A stretch of DNA of 55,354 bases from Trichomonas gallinae. Lineage: Eukaryota. The stretch spans positions 1 to 55,354 of the forward strand of contig MRSU01011229.1 in assembly GCA_008369845.1 (NCBI GenBank). Direction: 5' to 3'. The notes under the pieces were generated by a model, which saw nothing but the letters and a program-made list of their open reading frames with translations, searched no databases and was not told where the DNA came from. The translations under genes were made by a program, and so were the position numbers. Shown one piece after another: positions 1-8,930 of the stretch (position 1 is its first letter; each line of letters begins with the position of its first letter).

Positions 1-79
1 TTTTTCTGGGCAAAACGATAATTTTCAATACCGCATTGAAAAATTGAGACCGCTATTTGGTCGCGGAGCGGACCCTTAA
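1..79. mobile_element. Possible terminus of a TTAA-targeting DNA transposon (Kolobok-like), truncated by the window edge
   Basis: GC-rich non-coding stretch ending ...GCGGAGCGGACCC|TTAA (CCC 73-75, TTAA 76-79), then an abrupt switch to AT-rich intergenic DNA. A YY|TTAA end matches the Kolobok convention. The other end is not in the window. Confidence 0.35.
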
Positions 80-384
80 GCATTTTAAGAAATTTAATAT
101 CGATTAACAGATTCTCTATCACATTAAGAATACTGTAATATATATAATATTGTTCAATTAGCTTTCTATTATTAATTCTAAAACGAAAATCTTCATACAA
201 ATAAGAATGACCTATTTGGATTTTAAAATTTGGTTTTTATATATCTATAGATGCATATTGTAATGTGTTACACTCTCGGTATAAATTGATGTTTTAAAAT
301 GACTTTACAAATTAATTTTGACGTGTAAAGTGTCGATTTTTTAGAAAAAAAATAATTTACGTCACAAACATGACAACTTTTTTT

Positions 385-1845
385 TTAATATTTACTAATT
401 ATGTCCTTTGGATCTTGAACGCTATAGTTAACAACCCTCAGGGCTTCTTTGATGATAGCATCCTCTGATTCTTCTTCTCCGTTGTCCGAATCTTGTAATG
501 CAGACATGTATCTTTTTTCTAAGTCATCTTCTGCTATGTCATCAACGAAGTCCTCTTCTTCTTCAAGAGCGGACTGTAGAATAGAGCTGTATTGCTGAGA
601 AACCGATTTAATTGGAGAATTATAAACATCAGATTTAATTGGCGAATGATAGACTTCTGGATAGAAATTCTCATCCTCTTCCTCCTCATGGACGGTGTTT
701 TCAGACATTTGGCTCTGACTGAATGACTTAATTTTAGATTTAAGATCTTCAATGGATAAATCGTCTGCTTCGTTGTCTGACTTAAGCAAATCGTCATGTG
801 TTTGGTGTAAGTCTGTGTCATCATTAAGAATGGCTTCATAATCCTCTTCTTCTTCAAATTTATATTGAATTGGAGTTGCTGGCTGAGATATTTCGGATTT
901 GTATGGAGATGATAATATATCACTCTGTGGTTCATATGATTCTGACTTCTTATATGGACTATCTAGCTCAGAAAAGTTAGATGCGCGAGCTAAAACATCT
1001 TCATAATGAATTTCAACTTTTTCTGCGACATCAGATAACTGTTTGATGTCTGCTTGAAGCTGTGCAATTATTGCTTGTTTTGATGCTAAATCTTTTTGTA
1101 ATTGTCGAATTTTGCCCATTTTTTCAGCAGTAGCCTTGTCTAAAGCGTCCAATGTTGCCTCTTCACGCTCACAGCCTGCATTTTTGGACTCAAGAGATTG
1201 TAAATCAAGTTTAATTTGTCTTTGTGTTGATTGTAATTGTTTTTCTTGGCTTTGAAGCTGCTGATTTTGTGATAAAATGGTAGAATATGTCTTCTCAAGT
1301 GTTTCTATTGATGATTGGAGGCGTGTTAGCTGTGAATCTTCAGTTGATTTTTTATTTCGTGCTTCGTTGAGTTTTTTCATCGAATCCGCGATTTGTAATT
1401 TCATTTGCTTATACTCTTCTTCATCATGATCACGTGCTTCCTTCGATGTTTGACGAAAAGAAGAAATTTTTTCATTTTCTTCTTCAATAACTTTATGTTG
1501 TTTTGTAATTTCTGCTAATTTAGACGAAAAATCAGTTCTCTTTGACTTGATTGATGTCTTCTTTTGATTATCTTGAAGTTGAATTTGCAAATTTTTTAAT
1601 TCTTGCTTTGCTTCTTCGCTAGTATTGAAAGCTGGCATGTTTAGCTTATTCTGATCAATATAAGAGTTCAATTTTGAAAGTAAATCAATAATATTAAGAG
1701 ATTCGATATCTAAATTCGCGATTATTGGCAATGGAGCCCTTTTTTGTGGAGAACTACGTTTTGGAGATGATTGTCCTGAGAATCTTACATCATCTGGCTT
1801 GATTATTGAAAGTCTCGAATAATCTTGAGATGATCTCATTGACAT
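385..1845 (-). CDS. Coiled-coil protein with acidic C-terminal region, function unknown
   Basis: 486-aa ATG ORF; Q/K/E/L heptad-rich middle; acidic tail with repeated SPYK/SPIKS motifs; stop TAA runs into TAAA. Confidence 0.85.
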   Translation of the reverse strand: MSMRSSQDYSRLSIIKPDDVRFSGQSSPKRSSPQKRAPLPIIANLDIESLNIIDLLSKLNSYIDQNKLNMPAFNTSEEAKQELKNLQIQLQDNQKKTSIKSKRTDFSSKLAEITKQHKVIEEENEKISSFRQTSKEARDHDEEEYKQMKLQIADSMKKLNEARNKKSTEDSQLTRLQSSIETLEKTYSTILSQNQQLQSQEKQLQSTQRQIKLDLQSLESKNAGCEREEATLDALDKATAEKMGKIRQLQKDLASKQAIIAQLQADIKQLSDVAEKVEIHYEDVLARASNFSELDSPYKKSESYEPQSDILSSPYKSEISQPATPIQYKFEEEEDYEAILNDDTDLHQTHDDLLKSDNEADDLSIEDLKSKIKSFSQSQMSENTVHEEEEDENFYPEVYHSPIKSDVYNSPIKSVSQQYSSILQSALEEEEDFVDDIAEDDLEKRYMSALQDSDNGEEESEDAIIKEALRVVNYSVQDPKDIISKY

Positions 1846-2011
1846 TCTTTAAAGAGAAATAAACCAATATTTTATTAACAGTCAAATCAATCATTTTTAT
1901 TATATTATGATACAAACAAAAGCAAAAAATAATTAATTAATATAGTTTTCAAGACATGTTGATATATGAGCTCATCTCTATGAATAATAAGTTAAAGCAT
2001 TGATAGAGATA

Positions 2012-3283
2012 CTATTTTGCAGAATTTGAAATTTTTGGTTTGGATGATGGCTGAATGAATATGTAAATGAATAGCACGATTAAATATGCGGATGCGCAAA
2101 CAACAAAGTAAATTTCTTCTGGTAAATATGACATCATGATGTTAATTAACATATGGATCAGTGAGCCGCCTGTTCTCACTATAGAGAGAATTGTTCCTCT
2201 ATGGCTGGCCGGATAAAACTCTTTTCTAGCTGAAACCATGTGCGAAGTTGTTATTCCATCCATGAACCCAAGAATAATGGTTACCATGTAAGCCAAGATA
2301 TCATTATCTGCGCTAAGATAACCGCAAATGTTTCCTATCATAAAACCAATTAAAACAAAATTCAAAAACTTACTATCAATCTTGAATTGTTCGACTACTG
2401 TATATGCTGATGTTCCTAATGAAAGTGAAACTGTGTATGTTGCCATTATCATTGAAAATGGAAGATTTTGATTCAAAAAGTTAGTAGATAATTGTGTTTT
2501 GAATAAACCAGTGCTCAAACAGTAAATAGTGTCAATCATACCAACCTTAATTGTCTCCAAATCGATTGATCTATCTATTTCTGCTTTCTTTTCAGATTTT
2601 TCTTTATTTATCTTTCTTTTTGTTCCTGAGGAGATAGAGAAGTAAATTGGGAGTGAAATGACGATATCAATTAACAGTACAGACTTGAATAACGAAACAA
2701 CATCGAAATTTTTAACAATTTTGTCAATTACGTTAGTAAAAGCAACATCAATGATGAGGCTAAATAGAGAGCGTTGTTCTAATAGAATGCTGCGGTCGTA
2801 TGATGATAATTCGTAATCTGTTGAAACTTCAACGAGCCAGTGGTCAAATCCGATCTTTGCAAGTACGTATGAAAAGCCCCAAAACAATTTACTCACAACA
2901 GCAAGCTGTGTTTGCTCTGTAAATGATAAAATAATGAGAGACACAATTTTAGTAAAGCAACTGAGCATAATCACGAACCTGTTTCCAACCTTATCGAGTA
3001 TTGGTCCGCAAACCATGCCCCCAAAGAGCGTAGCAGCTTGTTGAACAACTGATAAAGTATGAATTAGCTGTTTCGGATAATCCTTGAACACGAAGAACTT
3101 ATTGGTATATGTAATTATTGCCTGGTCTGGTATTAGTATTGCAAAATAGGCGAAATAATACGCGATTTGTACTTTGCGAAATGCAGGGTTTTGGCTGCTC
3201 TTACCTCTAAAGAAAGCCCAAGCTAGAACTACCAATCCCAGTGAGTAATATGTTCGCTTAATGATTGAATCAGTAAGCTCCAT
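2012..3283 (-). CDS. MFS transporter, MFSD5/MOT2 (DUF791)-like
   Basis: 423 aa with about 12-13 hydrophobic segments. FRKVQIAYYFAY..PDQ...Y..K and G..GPILDKVGNR resemble the MFSD5 N-terminus and MFS motif A; P..HRGTILSIVR near the C-terminus. Confidence 0.75.
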   Translation of the reverse strand: MELTDSIIKRTYYSLGLVVLAWAFFRGKSSQNPAFRKVQIAYYFAYFAILIPDQAIITYTNKFFVFKDYPKQLIHTLSVVQQAATLFGGMVCGPILDKVGNRFVIMLSCFTKIVSLIILSFTEQTQLAVVSKLFWGFSYVLAKIGFDHWLVEVSTDYELSSYDRSILLEQRSLFSLIIDVAFTNVIDKIVKNFDVVSLFKSVLLIDIVISLPIYFSISSGTKRKINKEKSEKKAEIDRSIDLETIKVGMIDTIYCLSTGLFKTQLSTNFLNQNLPFSMIMATYTVSLSLGTSAYTVVEQFKIDSKFLNFVLIGFMIGNICGYLSADNDILAYMVTIILGFMDGITTSHMVSARKEFYPASHRGTILSIVRTGGSLIHMLINIMMSYLPEEIYFVVCASAYLIVLFIYIFIQPSSKPKISNSAK

Positions 3284-4294
3284 ATAATCGAAATTAAATA
3301 ATAAAATTTTGACGACTGGAGTTTACATGTCAAAAATGTTCTTCCTCCTTTTTATTGTTAGTTAATTTTTTTCATGGTATATTTGACCTTTGCACACCTA
3401 TTATGGCACACATTTGGCCAAAATTCAGTGAAATATATCGTTTTTAATATATTTTAAAATTCTTTAGGTTAAGCACTGATTGTAATGTGATCAATGAGTT
3501 CTCATGGTTCTATGGATCTATCTCTCAAGCTTGGATCAACATGGCCTTGTGGATTTGAGTCTCAGTCTTTTATCGCAAAGAAAAAAATTATGATAGTCGG
3601 GATATTATCAAGAATGAAATATTTAGATTCACCTTTAAAAATACTGATAGATTCTGTTGATTTTAGTACAAAATAGTAATGAAATCGAAAATGAAAAATA
3701 ATGCATCCAAAATGTTATTTTAAGCAAGCACATCGCAGAATTTTGATCGTCATCGTTTGCGGAGCGTTCGCAAAAGGAAAAATATATAAAAAAATTCATG
3801 TTATGTAAATATCAATTTATTTTTACGTGTCAAAATCGTGTAACTTTCCCAAAAAGTGCATCAATCTTCTGTGCCTAAATGTTTCACGAAAAGCAAAACG
3901 TTTACGTGACATATTTGACATGTAAATGGTGTAAAAGTGGCATTATTTACAGGTGCAACATCCATTTCGAGACGCATTATGGTTCAGGACATTTATAAAT
4001 ACGCTAGAGTTTTTTTCGGGTCATTGTATCATCACTCTGTTTCAAACTAAGACAGATGAAGCCCTTTATATATATATATATGAAATCGCACCAATAAAAT
4101 ATGATTATTTGTGATAAAACCTTCGAATTTTACCGAAGATGTATTTGAAAAAGTGAAACTATATGGATTTACACCATCTTTAGGTAAAAAGTATTTCGAA
4201 TATTGCTGATCACTCACACAAAAATGCTTTACAATGTAAATTGAAAAATATTAAAAACAAAAACATAATAGAACTTTATCTATATAAAAACATA

Positions 4295-5638
4295 TTATTC
4301 AATCATTGGTTCTTCGTAGGTCCAAACAGTGCGTTCGTAAGCCTCATGCATCTCTTTTTTGAAGAACTTCGTTAGGTTAATTGTCGGGTAGTATCCTTTC
4401 ATGTGTGGATATTTCTGGTCTTCTACTGCCTGCTTGATTATTTTGAACGCTTTGGTTGTCTCAGGGATATCCATTGGCCCTGACCCTTCATAGTGGCTCA
4501 TGTTCTGGTGGAGAATTCCAATGCTGTATATTCCTAAAACTCCAAACATTACGTTGTCAGGCAAATCAACTCTATCTGCAAAAAGCGCAACAATTCCTGT
4601 TCCTCTTTGCATGAAAACGCTGTTACATAGCAGGGAGCCACCACTACCGATTAAAACTTTGCAGTCCGCGAAAAGCAAAGCTGTTTCATTTAATCTTTTT
4701 TGCACATAGAAATCTTCGAGCTCAATATCAGGGAACTCTATCTTTAATACGTTTTTAAGCTCTGGGACATTGGTAAAATGTCTCCGTTCTGTCTCTTTAC
4801 GATTAACGAATTTATATTTCGTCGGTTTTATATTTTCAAGCTTAAGATACTTGCGGAACAGTTTCGACATACGAGGAAGACAGAATGTATTGTATTCATG
4901 GGCCATTTCTTCTGGTCTTAAATAATACAATTGATCGCAATGAACAGCATTTCTTCCAATAACAACTATTTCAAAGTGTCCCATTCCTACATTTTCCAGA
5001 TGCTCTTTGAATATAGGCACTGATTGATAATTTGTAATAATTATTGGATTCATCTTCAAAACTTCTTCTGGATAAATGAATAATGCTCCAAATACATCAT
5101 GAACAAAATGCCCATATGTATTCCATGAAATTCTAAGGAAAATTCCAAGTTGTACAGTTTGGCAACAACTTACTGTATAAGGAGGAGGTGGTGGGCGTGC
5201 ATTTGCTGTTAATGACACATTTCGTCTGTAAACGATATAATCTGCCGTAACAAATACATCTTCCAAATGGTAAAACTTGGAAACGGATCTGAAAATTCTG
5301 TCATAAGGGAAAGGGACGGATTTTTTTGCCGTTATGTTGTTGCAAAAATAATAAGCAACCGTGAAATTTGGCCATTCTTCATTGATTAATTTATATAAAG
5401 TAGAGTTGATTTGTTTGAAATGACTGATCCAAGATTCATTGCGAATTCTAAATGAAATACAACTATCTTTGTTTTCTAAAATTTGATTATTAATCAATAC
5501 GAAATTTAAATTATCTCGAGGTTCGATAAGAATAAACGTAAAAACCATAAAAACGATGAGCGTGTAATAGCCTGAAAGATTAGTTTGATAATGGGGTCGA
5601 TTTCTTGCTCTCTTTGAAACATGTATTATTCCGCGCAT
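4295..5638 (-). CDS. Type II membrane glycosyltransferase, GT61 (DUF563)-like
   Basis: N-terminal TM (YYTLIVFMVFTFILI), then YGHFVHD, FVNRK..RRHFTN..EL and LF...KVLIGSGGSLLCNSVFM, matching the GT61 motifs. Confidence 0.75.
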   Translation of the reverse strand: MRGIIHVSKRARNRPHYQTNLSGYYTLIVFMVFTFILIEPRDNLNFVLINNQILENKDSCISFRIRNESWISHFKQINSTLYKLINEEWPNFTVAYYFCNNITAKKSVPFPYDRIFRSVSKFYHLEDVFVTADYIVYRRNVSLTANARPPPPPYTVSCCQTVQLGIFLRISWNTYGHFVHDVFGALFIYPEEVLKMNPIIITNYQSVPIFKEHLENVGMGHFEIVVIGRNAVHCDQLYYLRPEEMAHEYNTFCLPRMSKLFRKYLKLENIKPTKYKFVNRKETERRHFTNVPELKNVLKIEFPDIELEDFYVQKRLNETALLFADCKVLIGSGGSLLCNSVFMQRGTGIVALFADRVDLPDNVMFGVLGIYSIGILHQNMSHYEGSGPMDIPETTKAFKIIKQAVEDQKYPHMKGYYPTINLTKFFKKEMHEAYERTVWTYEEPMIE

Positions 5639-5793
5639 GATGTCACTTTTTCGAAATCAGAAATTTATTCGAAGCTGATACTAATGCTGTGTTATGAATG
5701 GGAAGTTTGTAGTGAATAGAATTCTATTTTAAATTTTGAACAACTTTAATCTTAATATATTGGAAATAGAAAAAAAAAATAAATATAAAATGG

Positions 5794-7857
5794 TTAGTTA
5801 GCGAAGAAAGCATCATTATCAACAATGTCTTCTTCCTCTTCGTAATATCCATCACTGTAGTATTCTTCCTCTTCATTATTCTCGTCGCCGCTGAAGAAGT
5901 CCGCAAGGCCGACCTCCTTTCCACCAAGAATATCCCTTCCGTCGTCTTCTCCTTCCGCTGGAGTCCTGACGCTCTCCGGAGGAAGGCTCTCCTCTGGTGC
6001 CCAGTCAGGAAGCGGATCATATCCAGCGACGGCCTTGTTGAAGAAGTGCGAAAATGTACCAAGCTGGAATTCTGAGACTCCGGCATCTGTCACTGTCCAT
6101 GTTGGTGCCGATCTCTTCGGGAACAATAGCGCCTTCATGTTGTTGACGATGTCCGTGCATTTGCTGTTGAGAATTGTCAACAAGAAGTGCGCGCGGTCTC
6201 TGATATCGAACTCGCTGTCTCTCTGGCCGACTTTGAGAACATACATAGGAATGGCTGAGTCAGCGCCGGACGAAATAAGCTTGGCGGCCAATGTCAAAGC
6301 CTGCAATCTTACTTCTCCTGGCTCCTCAGTGAAGTTCTGAGCAACTGCGCGTAATAGCTGTGGCGCAAACTCTGGATATGTCTCGTACATGTCGCCGACA
6401 ATGGATAAAACGGCCGCCCTTGCCGCTGGCTCCTTGACTTCGACAAATTTGCGGGCGAGGGACTTAACTGCGTGCTCTTCGTCCTCTGTGCCGCGCTTCT
6501 TGCGAAGGATGTGCGCGATAACTAAAACGACTTCAGATAATACTGGTCCTTCACTGCGATTCATGAGTCTGAGGAGGCTGAGAAGGCAGACAGGAATGAT
6601 AAGCTCATTAACCATTGCTGTCTTGCCCATTGTTTTAACGGCATTTGCAGCAAATTCAACATCATCTGAATTTGTGTATGTAGAAAGTTCGCCGAGAATC
6701 ATCTCTGCATTAGACTGTGATGCGAGAAGTGCGAGAACGCGTAATTTGAGATTTCTAACTGCTGTGATATCATTTCTTCTGATGTAAAAGTGATTGAGAT
6801 GTGGAACAAATATGTGGTTGTGAACTGTTGCAATAGTAAGAATAGAAACAAGTGCGAGTTGGGAAACAATCTGTGTATCATATAACATACGAACCATCGG
6901 TCTAGCGACTGATGAAATGTGAGACGGTGGTGCGCAGTAGAAGAGAAGCTGTGTTGCTGCTGTAACTACTGCCTGATTTGGTGAAGATAATAATTTCTTT
7001 GCTGTATGAATCAAAAGAAGATGATCTGCGGAGATAGAATTTGTTGTGCCGGCATCATCCCAGAATGTACCGACGTCTTCTTCATCGAGAGTCTCTGGAT
7101 TCTTGAAGCAATATCTTGCGTAAATTGTAAGAGCGCGAAGTGTAAATAATTGACCCCATGGATCAATCTTCGATATATTTTGGCAGATCGTGCGAAAATG
7201 TGGATGAATTAAATCGATGTTATTTGGACAAAGGTATAAATATGCGCAAATTGCGCCAGAAAATGCGATCGGAGAAGGATCACCGAGTAATCTCTCGAGG
7301 AGTGGTAAGTAAACTTCTGTCTCAGATGGATCCTCAATTAATTCGGCTGCTTTAACCATAGCATAGGCCGCTGCTTTCTTAACATACGGCGAAGGATCAC
7401 CTATGACTTGTGTTACTGCTTCCTGGATATGCGGTAATACTTCGCGTGACCTGATTGACGACATAACCTTAATAGCGAGCGCTCTGCAGATAGGATCCGA
7501 GTCTGTGAGGCATCTCTGGAATGTGTTGACAGAGAGAATCACTTCCTCGGGTGCCTCATCGGCGTAGTGGTTCAAATAAACGTAGGCAAGCTGTCTTGCA
7601 TTTGGATCTTGAGCTCCTACTTGCTGAACAACAAAAGGAGCGAACTGAACGACGTCCATGCCCTTAGACATTAACGCCAAAAGTAATTTAAGCGCATTTG
7701 TATGGTCCTGGAAATTGGCTGATCTAAAAAGATTTGAAACTTCCTCGATTTGGGCATCCTGCGAAGAAAGGGCAGGTTCGCCTGTCACTGGATTGATCGG
7801 GGTGCTCGAGGCTGCCGCTGCATAATCGTTTGAACCAAAAGCACCAAGATTCGACAT
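5794..7857 (-). CDS. AP3B: AP-3 complex beta subunit (adaptin trunk plus acidic tail)
   Basis: Adaptin-N motifs LAYVYL.HYA, LSVNTFQR.L.D, D.SPYVKKAAA, IDPWGQ...LT.YAR, DH.LL, FDIRDRAHF, and the AP-3-beta-type LGTFSH...GY.PLPDW followed by an acidic stretch. Confidence 0.88.
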   Translation of the reverse strand: MSNLGAFGSNDYAAAASSTPINPVTGEPALSSQDAQIEEVSNLFRSANFQDHTNALKLLLALMSKGMDVVQFAPFVVQQVGAQDPNARQLAYVYLNHYADEAPEEVILSVNTFQRCLTDSDPICRALAIKVMSSIRSREVLPHIQEAVTQVIGDPSPYVKKAAAYAMVKAAELIEDPSETEVYLPLLERLLGDPSPIAFSGAICAYLYLCPNNIDLIHPHFRTICQNISKIDPWGQLFTLRALTIYARYCFKNPETLDEEDVGTFWDDAGTTNSISADHLLLIHTAKKLLSSPNQAVVTAATQLLFYCAPPSHISSVARPMVRMLYDTQIVSQLALVSILTIATVHNHIFVPHLNHFYIRRNDITAVRNLKLRVLALLASQSNAEMILGELSTYTNSDDVEFAANAVKTMGKTAMVNELIIPVCLLSLLRLMNRSEGPVLSEVVLVIAHILRKKRGTEDEEHAVKSLARKFVEVKEPAARAAVLSIVGDMYETYPEFAPQLLRAVAQNFTEEPGEVRLQALTLAAKLISSGADSAIPMYVLKVGQRDSEFDIRDRAHFLLTILNSKCTDIVNNMKALLFPKRSAPTWTVTDAGVSEFQLGTFSHFFNKAVAGYDPLPDWAPEESLPPESVRTPAEGEDDGRDILGGKEVGLADFFSGDENNEEEEYYSDGYYEEEEDIVDNDAFFAN

Positions 7858-8407
7858 TTTTTCAAAATGCGAACTGACCTTCTCAAATTCACTTTTTAGT
7901 GTTTTTTGGACTTGTTATATATAATACATCTTATATTTTAGAAAAATTCGTACCGCAAAAATTTCAATCAAAAATTCTGATAATATAGACATCTATTAAT
8001 GATATAAAATCTAAATAATTTGAAGTTTCACTTGAAATCGAAAGATTTCTTTCCTTGGCAATATTTTTAGTAATACGCTAATATCATTGTGGATGTATTC
8101 ATACTTAGTAGTTGTTGACACAATGTATTATGAATTAGAGCTCAATCACATTAATATTATTCAAAATCAAAAAATATCGAATTTAAACAAATATAGTTAC
8201 ATCGTTATATTATACTACAAGGAAATAACTAAAATGCAGTGCCTCATTGAAACCTAACTTCAATAAAAAATGAAATCATTTAATAATGAAAATGGAAATC
8301 AGAAATGATAATATATATACTATATCTCAGGAATATATAATCATTTATTTGTTCCAAACTCAATGATCTCGATAATAATTTTATTGAACAATTCAATAAT
8401 TTTGATA

Positions 8408-8800
8408 TTTGTTATGTAAAATAATAATATGACATGTAAATAATTCCAATATCATTCGATTTCATGTTAGAAAATAATAATTATATAAAATAATATTATC
8501 ATGTATAAATCTGAAATCTTTAATAATTTTGCGATTTTGACAAAGATTCAAAATTGATAAAATAAAAATATTGGAGAACTTTAAATTTAAATGTCATAAA
8601 TAAACTCTACATGCTATGAGTTTTTGGGAGAAGATGGAGTAGCATTCATAATGATGATGATTATATATTTGACGTGTAAATAAATAATTATGACGTGTAA
8701 ACAAAATACAGAGTCATTCTATTTCTGTTTATTTTTGAATATAATAACATATATAAATCTGAAATCTTTGGTTATTTTTGAGTTTTGACAACAATTACAA
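8408..8800. repeat. Diverged direct duplication of about 150 bp between the two beta-adaptin genes
   Basis: Copies at about 8408-8555 and 8668-8800. Exact 18-mer TATAAATCTGAAATCTTT at 8504-8521 and 8752-8769; each copy begins with two TG..RTGTAAA boxes and ends with TTTTGACAA. Confidence 0.7.
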
Positions 8801-8923
8801 ATTTACTTCCAAGGATTAACTATTTTCTTTTTAAATATGGAATTAATGATCTATAAATAAGCCAAATTTACTAGAAATATAATGGAATATCACACAAAAA
8901 TATCTGAACAGACCCCTCAATTT

Positions 8924-8928
8924 TCACT
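8924..8928 (+). promoter_or_regulatory. Trichomonad initiator (Inr) element TCACT
   Basis: TCA(C/T)(T/A) ending 3 nt before the ATG at 8931. Equivalent Inr sites: 19276 (TCACT), 22448 (TCACT), 38876 (TCATT), 43473 (TCATA), 49274 (TCATT), each within about 25 nt of an ATG. Confidence 0.65.
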
Positions 8929-8930
8929 CA

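Noticed and set aside
3494..3676. 60-aa ORF and other short intergenic ORFs (28954, 34596, 46811, 48909, 52641)
   Set aside because: AT-rich, no codon bias, no recognisable motifs.
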